Shown piece after piece: positions 1 to 10,055 of a stretch of 64,000 nt of DNA; positions within the stretch are counted from its first letter, which is position 1; each line of letters begins with the position of its first letter. The translations under genes were made by a program, and so were the position numbers. The stretch is from a virus (lineage: Duplodnaviria; Heunggongvirae; Uroviricota; Caudoviricetes). The notes beneath the pieces were generated by a model. That model did no database searches. It saw nothing but the letters and a program-made list of their open reading frames with translations, and was not told where the DNA came from. The stretch is from the IMG/VR virus record IMGVR_UViG_3300025693_000001. One strand, 5' to 3'.

Positions 1-2474
1 TTGAAGTGCAATGCAGCTGATACGTGGCCTGGTAAAAAGCAAGTGCTATCATCTTCATACGTTTCGGTGTACGTTTCTATCTTCTTTACACCTTTTGGTA
101 ATCCAATTTCCATGAAGTTTGATGTTGTTACGTCGTATAGTGATTGTTTGTAATCCACAACATCTTGTGTTATGTCATCCCAATCCTCACCTTTCAGTAA
201 CCGCTCCACGAAGTGATTTAACTTTTTGGCTATAGGCTTTGGCATTGTTGTTTTTTTCGTATCCAAACCCATAACTTTAACTTTATCCACAGCAAACCCA
301 TCATCGTTGATAATGTGCAGGATATACCGCTTTTTATCAACGAATATACCACGATCGGATACAATTTCACGTCCAGTCTTGATGATTTGATCATAACCAG
401 GTTGACACAAGAATGTTTCGCTCATGTATTTTGGGAATGAATCATTTACCAGCTCGCCAATCTCATCCGCATACTTAGTAGCTTTGTCCATGTCATCTGT
501 AATGCCAGTTGCAAAGTATGAACTATCAGTATCTCCGTAAATGATGGGGTACTTGTCGGAATATCCATAGTGTATGTCTTGATCGGGATCTTTGATTTGT
601 TCCGGTGTCGCAGGAATGTACTCACCTTTCTTTGGACCCTTATCCAATTTTATGCATACTCTGTCTGGCATGACATACTCACCGGTAATGACATTGACAG
701 CCTCAGCACATTGATGTAGTAGAATCGCTCTACCAGTACCTGTGGTGCTTTCACCCATGCGTAGATCATAGAATCTAAAAAACGCATTGTTTAATGCACC
801 ATAGAAACTGTTTAGTTTAATCTTGTACACGTATTGCAAACGGTCATAATATGCTGCTTTGTCTGTCTCACCGTTGTTTTTTGCTTCAACCATTAATTTT
901 TGGTATGATTTTCGTGTGGCATACCAATCTTCTAAAATCGCAGGGATAATTCCTTTGTTTGTTTGATCAAATACAGTTCCGTAACCACTAACAGCCCACT
1001 TCTCCTGTGCTAATACAGACCTCCACTCTTTAGCTGTCAACTCTAGTACTTCACCGTCGTCGAATTTTAGAATGAGCTTGTCATCTGTACCTTTTGCAAT
1101 AGCTTGTGCATCGTCGATGTTGTATGCGAATTGTCCTATGAGTGTTTCGGGACTGATGTTAATCGAACGGATAGCAGATGGGTATAGTGAATTGATATCC
1201 ACCGATCCTATACCTTCGTGCATGCCAACTTGAGGAATCAACACAAAAGCGCCTTTAATAGTATCACCACTATCATCAGGATGTGTGTCATTCACTTTCT
1301 TGTCGAGTACGTGGTGACAGAAGTTGATTGTTGCTAATTCGGCAAGTTTTAATGTTCCGCCTACGTGCTTAAACAAACCCGTCGATAAGTGAACCATTTG
1401 ATTTGCCAATTCGACGTATCCTAGTTTTTCCTCAAACCCTTTCAGAATCTCAGTATCACGGAAGTTGTATCGGCAGAACCAAGGAAAGTCGTTGGTGTAT
1501 AAATCAGCTAGAGAGCCTTCATACTCCAATTTGGCTAGATCTGGGAGTATTTCTTCTGATATTGACTCTAACTTATATGATGGTCTTTCAGCCATTTCAT
1601 ATTTTCGGAACAAATCGAGGTAATCGAGACTAACTCTACCCGATAAATCAAGCATCCAAGCTGGAGCACCATATCGTTGAATTTCTCTCCATCTTGGTTT
1701 GTTTGCTAGTTCGAAAGATAATTTCGAGAACAACGCTGATGGTGCACCGTCCAGTAGGTCTTGTTGTGTGGTACCATCCATCATCATTAAGCGTTTGCCG
1801 ATATATGGTACATCGAAGAAATCTGAGTTCCATCCAGATAACACATCGCTGTTTTCAATTTCCCACAACAGGTGATGCAACAACGCCTTTTCATTGCGGC
1901 ACAATATGACTTCGTTGTCAGAGTCGCTCGGTAGTGGGGCGATCTCATCCATTCGTAGTTTCAACCAAATTTCTTCTAAATCTTTTGGGTCGCCTTTGTA
2001 TGTTTCGGGATCAGGTGGCACAGCATACACAACCATTCTATTGGACCAGTTGTGATACAATGCAACAGCATTGATTGGAGCGTATGGGTCGTCTATCGTC
2101 GAGAAACCGCGTTTTTTGTCGTAATCCACCTCGATATCCAAAAACGTCACATTCAATTTTGGAGCTGGTACGTTATAGTATGTTGCTGATAGTGTTCGTA
2201 GTTCGGTTGGAATGTCCGATTCGAATGTCTCATGTCCACCATTTCGACGCTGCAATTTATCGGCATTCTGTTTAAGGAAAGCTGTCATTTCGGATCGCGA
2301 CTGGAACTCTTTTTTTGATAGTTTGTCTTTAAAGATGCTGGTATGTTCACCATCGTCGTCTTTAATATAGCAATAGTGGTTCGCTGGATAGCGTTTTAGA
2401 GTGCGTTTTTTGGGTGTATTGCGCTCCCAAACGAACACTTGGTTCTTTTTCGTGATTGCATCGATGTAACTCAT
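1..2474 (-). CDS. polB: Family B DNA polymerase (3' end runs off the window; missing from the ORF track)
   Basis: Manual translation from ATG 2474 (MSYIDAITKKNQVFVWER) gives ExoI FLDIEVD, SVDINSLYPSAI, KIKLNSFYGAL, IIYGDTDSSY and LPGHVSAA near the edge. Confidence 0.95.
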   Translation of the reverse strand, partial: MSYIDAITKKNQVFVWERNTPKKRTLKRYPANHYCYIKDDDGEHTSIFKDKLSKKEFQSRSEMTAFLKQNADKLQRRNGGHETFESDIPTELRTLSATYYNVPAPKLNVTFLDIEVDYDKKRGFSTIDDPYAPINAVALYHNWSNRMVVYAVPPDPETYKGDPKDLEEIWLKLRMDEIAPLPSDSDNEVILCRNEKALLHHLLWEIENSDVLSGWNSDFFDVPYIGKRLMMMDGTTQQDLLDGAPSALFSKLSFELANKPRWREIQRYGAPAWMLDLSGRVSLDYLDLFRKYEMAERPSYKLESISEEILPDLAKLEYEGSLADLYTNDFPWFCRYNFRDTEILKGFEEKLGYVELANQMVHLSTGLFKHVGGTLKLAELATINFCHHVLDKKVNDTHPDDSGDTIKGAFVLIPQVGMHEGIGSVDINSLYPSAIRSINISPETLIGQFAYNIDDAQAIAKGTDDKLILKFDDGEVLELTAKEWRSVLAQEKWAVSGYGTVFDQTNKGIIPAILEDWYATRKSYQKLMVEAKNNGETDKAAYYDRLQYVYKIKLNSFYGALNNAFFRFYDLRMGESTTGTGRAILLHQCAEAVNVITGEYVMPDRVCIKLDKGPKKGEYIPATPEQIKDPDQDIHYGYSDKYPIIYGDTDSSYFATGITDDMDKATKYADEIGELVNDSFPKYMSETFLCQPGYDQIIKTGREIVSDRGIFVDKKRYILHIINDDGFAVDKVKVMGLDTKKTTMPKPIAKKLNHFVERLLKGEDWDDITQDVVDYKQSLYDVTTSNFMEIGLPKGVKKIETYTETYEDDSTCFLPGHVSAALHF

Positions 2475-2632
2475 GCAAACCTCCTTGTGTTTTGTTGTTT
2501 TTATTATTATTATTTTACATCTTGGTCGATGTGAGTAATAGTATACGCCATTTATATCAATACTGCAACGAAATACGATCATTTGTAGTAAATACTACGA
2601 TACATATTTTTTACACCTTGGAGGACAATAAT

Positions 2633-4150
2633 ATGATTTCGTTACCACCTAAAGGGGACACCAACAAACGTGTCAACGCAAATTTTATACCGTTACAAGT
2701 CGCTGCGCAAGTCGCACCGAATATGACTGTACAAATCCAACCTGGGTCCTTTTGGACAGCTGATGGCGCTCACGTGGAATATATTGGTGGTAACTCACCT
2801 GTATTGACTGCGCCAGGATCAGCAGCTAAATGGGTTGTGATATCATTGAATGAGACGGGAATGATCGTTGTGTTAGATGGTACGTCTAGTGCTAATCCGA
2901 CATTACCTGCTATTCCAGAAGCTCACCTTCCGTTATCGGGAATATTCATTGGCGATACTACTACGCAAATTACTAGCGATATGGTATTTGACATTAGACC
3001 AATGTGGGCAACACGCGCGGAAGTTATTCCTGATCTAACAGGAGAGTTGGCTAACAGACCAACGATAGCTCAGATGGATGCTGCAGTTGCAGTAAAATCC
3101 GATACTGGGGGCACAGATTCACCAACCTTCACATTAAATCAAACACAGCTGGGTACATCTAGCACCGATGCTTCGATTGTTGTTGAGCGTGGGGCAGAAG
3201 CTAACGTATCTATTATGTGGAACGAAACAGCAGAAGTATGGCAGTTTTCGAATGATGGTACGAATTGGGGCCCTCTTGGTATGGACCCAGCGTTATACTA
3301 CACTCAGACAGTTCTTGATGCTGGTGAATTAGATACTCGTTATTACACAGAAACTGAATCTGATACAATGTTTGCAACATCAATGCATACTCACGTAGCT
3401 GCGGACGTTACAGACTTTACTACTGCAGCAGCTACTGCAGCTCCAGTCCAGTCAGTTGCTGGTAGAACTGGTGTCATTGTATTGACTACAGGCGACATCA
3501 CAGATTTCAACGGTGCGGCATACGCAACTGCGGTACAGGGTGTTACAGCTGATACAGCAGTGCAACCAGCTGATGGTCTGTCTACTATAGTTAATGACAC
3601 AGGTTTTATTGCTGGAATTGACGGTGAATCAATCAGCGATCTTGGTGATGTATTCACTACAATGACACCTGCTGCTGATGAAGTCTTGAAATATGATGGT
3701 GCATTGTGGCAATCAGCTGCGTTGGTGAAAGCTAACATCTCTGATTTTGTTGAAGGTGATTATGAACCAGCATTTGCTAAAGCATCCGCATTCAATCTTG
3801 CTTTTGGAGCAGCGGTTACTACAGTCTGTGAAGGTAACGACGTACGATTGAGTGATACTCGTGATCCTAACGCACATACACATCTTGAAGCTGATATCAC
3901 AGATCTGGATAAATACACAGTGGCTGCAGCTGATGCACTATTATTGGCAAAAGCTGATGTGGCTACTCCAGTGTTTACTGGTACTGTCGGTTTACCAACG
4001 TATACGGTTGTTGGTGTACCTGGTACTGTGTTAGCAGGACATGCGATTTTTGTTTCGGATGCACGTGGTGGTCTGGGATCTATGTGTTTTGGTAATACTG
4101 CAGCGACTGAGTGGATTGATGTTGTTACTGGTGTTGTTGTAGCTGTATAA
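2633..4150 (+). CDS. Putative tail fibre / virion structural protein (505 aa)
   Basis: GGAGGA RBS before ATG 2633 (MISLPPKG); Ala/Thr/Asp-rich; HTHVAADVTDF and HTHLEADITDL fibre-type repeats. Confidence 0.65.
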   Translation: MISLPPKGDTNKRVNANFIPLQVAAQVAPNMTVQIQPGSFWTADGAHVEYIGGNSPVLTAPGSAAKWVVISLNETGMIVVLDGTSSANPTLPAIPEAHLPLSGIFIGDTTTQITSDMVFDIRPMWATRAEVIPDLTGELANRPTIAQMDAAVAVKSDTGGTDSPTFTLNQTQLGTSSTDASIVVERGAEANVSIMWNETAEVWQFSNDGTNWGPLGMDPALYYTQTVLDAGELDTRYYTETESDTMFATSMHTHVAADVTDFTTAAATAAPVQSVAGRTGVIVLTTGDITDFNGAAYATAVQGVTADTAVQPADGLSTIVNDTGFIAGIDGESISDLGDVFTTMTPAADEVLKYDGALWQSAALVKANISDFVEGDYEPAFAKASAFNLAFGAAVTTVCEGNDVRLSDTRDPNAHTHLEADITDLDKYTVAAADALLLAKADVATPVFTGTVGLPTYTVVGVPGTVLAGHAIFVSDARGGLGSMCFGNTAATEWIDVVTGVVVAV

Positions 4151-4168
4151 CAACAACTACAACATTGC

Positions 4169-4198
4169 AAAAAAAAGGGCCTCACGGCCCTTTTTTTT
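4169..4198. terminator. Bidirectional intrinsic terminator
   Basis: A-run, GGGCC-tcac-GGCCC, T-run between convergent genes. Confidence 0.9.
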
Positions 4199-4472
4199 AA
4201 TCTAATTTTTTGCTTTCCATTACTGCTTCGTATAAGAACTCGAAGTGTTCGTTTTCGGTTTGTAGATCGGAATAGTTATGCTTAAACATAACTCGCGCTA
4301 ATTTAGACATATACTTCTTTTGGATAGCAAACTTTTCTTCGCATGCTTCCGCGATATCTTTCATTTGCTCTTTTTCATCTTCGATGCGTTGTAGACAGTT
4401 AGTCATTTCGACTACCATACCCTTCATTACGCGTAAGTCTTCTGGGTTTGTTGGGATGATTGTATCAGACAT
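4197..4472 (-). CDS. T4 DsbA/GapR-like dsDNA-binding protein
   Basis: 91 aa helical protein; pattern EQMKDI..ACEEKF.I.KKYMSKLARVMFK...E.EHFEFLYE resembles T4 DsbA. Confidence 0.6.
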   Translation of the reverse strand: MSDTIIPTNPEDLRVMKGMVVEMTNCLQRIEDEKEQMKDIAEACEEKFAIQKKYMSKLARVMFKHNYSDLQTENEHFEFLYEAVMESKKLD

Positions 4473-4545
4473 GGTAAAACTCCGTTTAATTTATTGTTGT
4501 TATTGTTATTTCACGTAGTTTACTTGGAATTCGGATTGAGATCAA

Positions 4546-5055
4546 CTAAGCACGATAAAACCGGTGAGAATCGATATCCATGATGAAAGTCAGATTTGTC
4601 CACTGTGGGTTTATATAGTTGGCGTGGTAGTGGGTAGCTCCGTTCGTTATATCCACGAAGTTATCCAACGTACCTTCTGCAGTCAGCGCTTGTGCTAGTA
4701 GCAAAATCCGCTTCCACACCGCAGATGTTTTGATTGGGTTATCCGAGTGTCCATCCAACGTCCATGAAAATTGTGCTACTAGCTTATCGTTCCTGTTCAT
4801 CCCCTGTTGGTGCACTACTTCACATACCGTATTTGGAAATAACGCATCTTTAACGCGGTTTAGTGTTACCAGTCCGATAGCTAATTGTCCGGAGTGTGAT
4901 TCACCTCTCCCTTCAAAATATATGTTATTTGCTAGGCACAGAGTCTCGGCTGTTTTATTTGTTGCACCCCAATTGTGTATCGGGGCGTGTTGTTCGGCTT
5001 GTGATAACGTACTCACAACCAATAGGCAGATTGTTGCATATTTTTGTATATTCAT
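4546..5055 (-). CDS. SleB-family cell wall hydrolase
   Basis: Signal peptide; CLANNIYFEGRGE, VTLNRV, QFSWT, GATHYHA, HRFYR. Confidence 0.92.
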   Translation of the reverse strand: MNIQKYATICLLVVSTLSQAEQHAPIHNWGATNKTAETLCLANNIYFEGRGESHSGQLAIGLVTLNRVKDALFPNTVCEVVHQQGMNRNDKLVAQFSWTLDGHSDNPIKTSAVWKRILLLAQALTAEGTLDNFVDITNGATHYHANYINPQWTNLTFIMDIDSHRFYRA

Positions 5056-5081
5056 CAGGCGATTATCCTACATTTGTAACG

Positions 5082-5735
5082 TTAATTAAACCAAGTTTTG
5101 TAATCGCCTGGATATGATGCTGGATCGTGGAAGTATGGAACTTCAGCCGCAAAATGAGTCTTCGCTACGAACAAATCACCAGCTATTATGTTGGAAAATG
5201 CATTTAGGAAGTGTGGTCCGCTAGGATACACTATCATTGTTCCGCGCGATGGCGTAAAACCGAAGTTGTGTTGTGGGAATTCTAACTTACCCCCATATAC
5301 TTCATAATCAGAATCAAACGGGGGTTGGTCTTGGTAATCCACCAAAAAAACAACAGCTGTGAAGTCGCGATCCTTTGTTCGTGCCCATTTCTTTTTGATG
5401 TAGCTGCTGTTATCGCACACCACTTCATGTTCAACACCTTCGGCGTGGAACTCAAAGTTCATTAACTCGGTACCCCTGTGTTTGAAGTTGTAGTGTTGTT
5501 CGAATTGTGGTATAAACGGTTTGATGTGTTCGTATATGATACTTTCCGATGGTTCGTGATGACGAGACATTTTGATTGGAGTGTCTTCGTCGTCTGTATC
5601 GGGTACATAATATTGTAAGTCGTCTATAATCTGCTCACATAGTTTTGGGGATAGTAATTCTTCCACTATCAGGAATGGGGATTTAGTGCTCGCCATTGTT
5701 ATCACCGTTTTCTGGGTCGAATGCCGTAGCTCCAA
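5082..5735 (-). CDS. 2OG-Fe(II) oxygenase-fold protein, probably lacking metal ligands
   Basis: RDFTAVVFL..Y, YGGKLEFP, P.RGTMIVYPS fold motifs; HxD reads VCD and the distal His position reads N. Confidence 0.7.
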   Translation of the reverse strand: MELRHSTQKTVITMASTKSPFLIVEELLSPKLCEQIIDDLQYYVPDTDDEDTPIKMSRHHEPSESIIYEHIKPFIPQFEQHYNFKHRGTELMNFEFHAEGVEHEVVCDNSSYIKKKWARTKDRDFTAVVFLVDYQDQPPFDSDYEVYGGKLEFPQHNFGFTPSRGTMIVYPSGPHFLNAFSNIIAGDLFVAKTHFAAEVPYFHDPASYPGDYKTWFN

Positions 5736-6483
5736 AGTCAGCTATGGTTTTTTGATCAGTTGCATTCATGTTGTTTTTTATTTGGTCCATTAGGTATAGA
5801 ATTTCATCGCCGTTTGTTTCGGGGTTGAGTTTCTTCCCTTTGTACCCCAAGTAACGAATGATGTATGTTTTGCTTCCGATGTGAACATGGGAAAACCGTT
5901 GAGTGAAGTGATTATCAACTTCTTCGTCCGTTGTTTCACCGTCAACTTTATATATGTGCATGATGCCTAGCTTTTCTTCGGCATCTTCGTTTGTGTCGTG
6001 TTCGGTATCGGTGGTTCCGTTATTATCCACTGGAGCTTTAATGTCGATGGTAACTTCTTCCTCGTCGTAGTTTTCATCTAACCTTGGATCTATTTTAAAA
6101 CCACCTTTGATTAAAATATTCTTTCCAATCAACACAGGGAACTTCATGTTACCTCTATCGTTCAGGTTAAACTCGACATTGGTCATTAACTTTCCGTTTA
6201 TTTTTACGTTGAGAGATATGACGGGACGGTATTCTTGACCACCATCCGATGACTTAACGGTTTGTTGGGTGAGTAGGGGTACGGTGATTCGGTTACGTGA
6301 CAATTCAGGGCACACAAAGGTAACACGACCATCTGCTATTGAGTGTTCGGTTGCGTGTAGTGAACTAACATCTGCTCCGGTATCCACTTTACCTTTTAAT
6401 GGGACGCTGCCCGATATGCTAGTGAATCGTACCTCTACGGTGCTTCCTATCTCGTTGTCTGGTTGTTTCTCTTTTGTATCCAT
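5683..6483 (-). CDS. Retropepsin-like aspartic protease (RimK-associated 'ATP-dependent Zn protease' family) with acidic C-terminal extension
   Basis: KGKVDTGADVSSLHA, SSDG..E.RPVI, LNDR.NM.FPVLIG. Confidence 0.85.
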   Translation of the reverse strand: MDTKEKQPDNEIGSTVEVRFTSISGSVPLKGKVDTGADVSSLHATEHSIADGRVTFVCPELSRNRITVPLLTQQTVKSSDGGQEYRPVISLNVKINGKLMTNVEFNLNDRGNMKFPVLIGKNILIKGGFKIDPRLDENYDEEEVTIDIKAPVDNNGTTDTEHDTNEDAEEKLGIMHIYKVDGETTDEEVDNHFTQRFSHVHIGSKTYIIRYLGYKGKKLNPETNGDEILYLMDQIKNNMNATDQKTIADFGATAFDPENGDNNGEH

Positions 6484-6507
6484 TGGTATTCCTTCAAAGT
6501 TATTTTT

Positions 6508-7164
6508 TTATTTATTAAAGTTGCTGATATCTTTTAAAAGAGACGGGATCCAGTTTTCAATTTTCTCTTTGTGTACCATCGGTACCATTCCTTTCTCGAC
6601 TGACATTAGAATAACGATGTCCTCAATCAATTCCCCAGTCATTTCCTCCCAAGCCAACGCATAAAAAGTGCATTGCTTGAAGTAATCTTCAATCATGCTT
6701 GCGTCTTTGTTGTTGTTTGATGTCTTGAAATCGATAATGGAAGGAACCCCATCATACTCACCAATGCAATCAACCCGACCGGCAACGGAAAGATAATCAC
6801 AGTATATGGCAACTTCCTGAGCTCTAATGTTGTTTATTTTGTTTAAACGAAACTTCAATTGATTGAAACCGCGCACGTGATCAGCCGCATAGCCTTTGGT
6901 TGGGTGCTCATCGTTGAAAAGGTATTTTTCACACATCTCGTGTATAGCCGTGCCGCGAGCAGCACAACGTTTTTGCTCTTTGTCGGCTTTCTTGTCGCCG
7001 AGCATGTGCCGCCAATTGTCCAAGTATGGTTTTGACTTCGCACCGAGCACTGTGGTTATTGATGGATACTTGTTACCTTCTGGTGTGACGTAGTAACGTC
7101 TTCCGGTAGCGGAGTTCTCAACTGTTAATTCGGGGAGGGTTGGGATATCGGTATATTTAAACAT
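6508..7164 (-). CDS. PD-(D/E)XK exonuclease
   Basis: YPSITTVL, RGTAIHEMCEKY, AGRVDCI, IIDFKTS, QCTFYA. Confidence 0.88.
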   Translation of the reverse strand: MFKYTDIPTLPELTVENSATGRRYYVTPEGNKYPSITTVLGAKSKPYLDNWRHMLGDKKADKEQKRCAARGTAIHEMCEKYLFNDEHPTKGYAADHVRGFNQLKFRLNKINNIRAQEVAIYCDYLSVAGRVDCIGEYDGVPSIIDFKTSNNNKDASMIEDYFKQCTFYALAWEEMTGELIEDIVILMSVEKGMVPMVHKEKIENWIPSLLKDISNFNK

Positions 7165-7257
7165 ACCGATATTTATGCTGTGTGTAAAAGGGCAGCATGA
7201 ACCATAATAATGCGGCGTGCGTATCATTATAGTTCATGGTTTTTGTGTAGATTTGGG

Positions 7258-7593
7258 TTAGTTTTTTCCCATTAAGCGAGCATTCATTTTCGTAACGATT
7301 TTCGAAATCGAAGTTCGTTTTGCTATCATGCTTTTGCGTTTGATTGTACCCTTTTTTGCACGCATGGTTTTGCGACCTTGGCGTACTTTCTTAGGATCTT
7401 TTCGTTTGGTGCAATCGGATGGTGATGACGCCAATCTACCTTTCTTTGGTCCAGCGGTGCATCTGTATTTCCGTACGATTTCTTTACCGTTTCTTTTAAA
7501 TTGGCGAATAGCTGCTTCGGATAGTATATTTCCATCAGTATCCGTGTACGTGAACGTGTGTGTTGTGGTTGGTATAATATCTTCAACTAGCAT
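7258..7593 (-). CDS. Basic hypothetical protein (probably virion-associated)
   Basis: Lys/Arg-rich 111 aa, tightly packed in the operon; RKYRCTAGPKKGR motif. Confidence 0.6.
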   Translation of the reverse strand: MLVEDIIPTTTHTFTYTDTDGNILSEAAIRQFKRNGKEIVRKYRCTAGPKKGRLASSPSDCTKRKDPKKVRQGRKTMRAKKGTIKRKSMIAKRTSISKIVTKMNARLMGKN

Positions 7594-7598
7594 AACAT

Positions 7599-8222
7599 TT
7601 ATCCTTCGTTTGGTTGTTGTCTGTTTGCGGCGGTGTTCATGGAGTTTAACCGTTTATTCAACCCACCCAATTCAACTTTCTTTTTAGCGATCTTAGCTTT
7701 CAAGTTAGCGGATGGATCAGTACCACCATTACTTTGGGCATCTCGTTGTTCTTGTTTTGCTTTGATCACATTCTCACGATTTAACCGTTCGGGTGATGTC
7801 TTGTTTAATCGTTGTGCACGACGCAAATCTTGCATGGATCCTTGTTGATCATCCAAATCGACATCAATGCTAACTTCCGTTAATAAAAAATCCATAAAGG
7901 ATGTGTGGCTTTCGTTCGTTTTGCTTTTCTTTGATTGTGTTCTACGTGATGATTGAGCAATATCCCCACTCTTGGATTTGTCGGTAGACGAATTTGGATC
8001 TTCGTGTTTTTCGGATCCTTCGTGGCGTGCAATTTCAATTGCATTGCGTAGATACTGCATAGCACGTGGTCCGATGCGACGTCTAATGTTTGGAGTCCGA
8101 ATATCAATCGAATCAGTGGAACTTTTGATTGTTCGTACGACGCGTTGCACCGTACTTTCTTCCAAACCAAACAACACTTCGAGTGTTTCTTTTAGCAATC
8201 CGACGCGTTGGTCATCTTTCAT
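7599..8222 (-). CDS. Hypothetical protein
   Basis: 207 aa; start overlaps upstream stop (translational coupling). Confidence 0.65.
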   Translation of the reverse strand: MKDDQRVGLLKETLEVLFGLEESTVQRVVRTIKSSTDSIDIRTPNIRRRIGPRAMQYLRNAIEIARHEGSEKHEDPNSSTDKSKSGDIAQSSRRTQSKKSKTNESHTSFMDFLLTEVSIDVDLDDQQGSMQDLRRAQRLNKTSPERLNRENVIKAKQEQRDAQSNGGTDPSANLKAKIAKKKVELGGLNKRLNSMNTAANRQQPNEG

Positions 8223-9268
8223 GAATTTGCCCTCAGGTTGCTCATAATGAGAGCTGTGAGATCGTCGATACTGATACCATGACCACTATCTTCTTCTTCA
8301 TCCTCGTCATACCCCTCGTTGGAGATTGATGTTTCGGCACCGGATAATTTTGTTTCAGCACCAACAGCAGTTTCGTGTTTGTATTTTGCTAACTGGGCTA
8401 ATTGCTTCGCTTCTTTTTGTTTATCGGCTTTAGCTTTGTTGTGCGTTTCCATATCAAGAATTTGTTCTTCTTGTTGAACTTTAGCGGATGCGGATTGTGA
8501 AGCATATTCTGCTTCTTTTGCTTTGGCTTCCGCTTCCTTAGCTTTAGCTTCGGCCTCTTTAGCCTCTGCATCCGCCTTCATCACATCGATAACAGATTGT
8601 AGTGCAGATTTTGCGTCATCTTCACTCGCATCCATCTCAGCATCGTCAGCACCTGCTTCCAGATCACCACCAGCTTCGTCTCCGTTCGGCTCTACGCCCG
8701 ACTCACCATCAACGTCCAAGTCTTCATCACCAGCAGATTCACCACCCTCTTCATCACCGACAACTTCTTGTTCTTCATCCTCGTCACCTTCGAATGTATT
8801 CCAATCAACATCAATGATCTCGAAACGATCTTTCAGTTTGAAAATAACTTCCGCAATTTCCGTAGATGAGTTTTCGTCATCGTCGTTTTCGTCTTCACCG
8901 GCTAATGCTACAGCTAGAGCTTGTTCGAAATCTTCAGCTTGATCGCTTTTTACGTATACTTTTACGATCTGGCCGTCTTCATCTTCTAACCCAAATGCTG
9001 TGGTATCCCCATTAGCTCTGGCTTTTTGCTCGGCGTTATCTATCTTGGATAACACACTAGCTGCATCGAAGTTTGTTTCTTCGGATCCTGGTGCAATGGC
9101 TTCGTTGACTGCCATTGAGCGACGCATCATTTTGCGTTTTTTCTTTTTTGGTTTCTTAACATCGATGACACCGCCACCAAATAACGAACCTCTGGTACCA
9201 GCAACTGCGTTTGCACCTGTCGCTCCAACGGCTCCAGAACCTGTTACCATTTCTTTTAATAATGACAT
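8219..9268 (-). CDS. Acidic coiled-coil protein, possibly head-associated
   Basis: 349 aa; D/E tracts, EAKAKEAEAK repeats; GAGG RBS and TAAATA upstream. Confidence 0.7.
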   Translation of the reverse strand: MSLLKEMVTGSGAVGATGANAVAGTRGSLFGGGVIDVKKPKKKKRKMMRRSMAVNEAIAPGSEETNFDAASVLSKIDNAEQKARANGDTTAFGLEDEDGQIVKVYVKSDQAEDFEQALAVALAGEDENDDDENSSTEIAEVIFKLKDRFEIIDVDWNTFEGDEDEEQEVVGDEEGGESAGDEDLDVDGESGVEPNGDEAGGDLEAGADDAEMDASEDDAKSALQSVIDVMKADAEAKEAEAKAKEAEAKAKEAEYASQSASAKVQQEEQILDMETHNKAKADKQKEAKQLAQLAKYKHETAVGAETKLSGAETSISNEGYDEDEEEDSGHGISIDDLTALIMSNLRANS

Positions 9269-9332
9269 TTAGTCTTCCTCTGTTTTGTGTATAATGTGTT
9301 ACTATTTATGATATGTATATACTTTGGACAAC

Positions 9333-9371
9333 AAAAAACCCACACTCATGTCGATGCAGTGTGGGTTTTTT
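9333..9371. terminator. Intrinsic terminator
   Basis: AAAAAACCCACAC...GTGTGGGTTTTTT inverted repeat. Confidence 0.85.
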
Positions 9372-9387
9372 GTGTAACCGAGGGTTG

Positions 9388-9693
9388 CTACTGGTGGGTT
9401 ATCTTATCGGGGATAAAAGATCGCCACTTCAGTGACTTGAGTGGTTCCTTTTTGTGAGTAGCTTCCATCCATGATCCAAATGACATTAGATGCTCCATTA
9501 CCCCAACTTTAAATTCCTCATACTCATGCAAACGCGTTTGTAAGAGTTCTCTGGATTCATCATCCATATCAGACACATCGATTGCAGATACGTTACCGGG
9601 AACATACGTTGGTATGATTTCGCGGTCCGATGATGAACCATCTGACTTGGTGTATGATATTTTAGCCACTTCGTACTTGGTTAGCTTCGCCAT
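9388..9693 (-). CDS. Hypothetical protein (101 aa from MAKLTKY)
   Basis: Start just after the stop of the 9695-10009 ORF. Confidence 0.6.
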   Translation of the reverse strand: MAKLTKYEVAKISYTKSDGSSSDREIIPTYVPGNVSAIDVSDMDDESRELLQTRLHEYEEFKVGVMEHLMSFGSWMEATHKKEPLKSLKWRSFIPDKITHQ

Positions 9694-9694
9694 A

Positions 9695-10009
9695 TTATTC
9701 AGCAGCAGGTGTGCTTGGAACTTCTGGTTGAGTTTCGGTATTGACTTCAACTTCTGGTTGAGCTTCGGCATCGGCTTTTTCTTTAGCTGCTGCTTCCGCT
9801 TGCTCGTTGCGCACTTGATCAATAATCTGACGAGATAGCGTTTCTTTAGCAGCTTGAACCATCATAAGCTCATCACGCACCCCAGCTTCTTTGTTGTTCC
9901 AGTCGTTGTATACTGCAACCAAACGCTTTGACGTATCAGACATTGTGTCTACTGCATATGGAACGTCGTCAATGTTGATCACCTGAATATCTTGTATCTT
10001 TTGTACCAT
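9695..10009 (-). CDS. Hypothetical protein
   Basis: 104 aa ORF with RBS. Confidence 0.65.
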   Translation of the reverse strand: MVQKIQDIQVINIDDVPYAVDTMSDTSKRLVAVYNDWNNKEAGVRDELMMVQAAKETLSRQIIDQVRNEQAEAAAKEKADAEAQPEVEVNTETQPEVPSTPAAE

Positions 10010-10055
10010 GTTAATTTCCTATTGTTATTTAATTGTGTTGTTATTTATGTTGTGT

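Noticed and set aside
9721-9775. Short direct repeat CTTCTGGTTGAG
   Set aside because: Encodes the AQPEV/TQPEV low-complexity tail of a protein; no other structure
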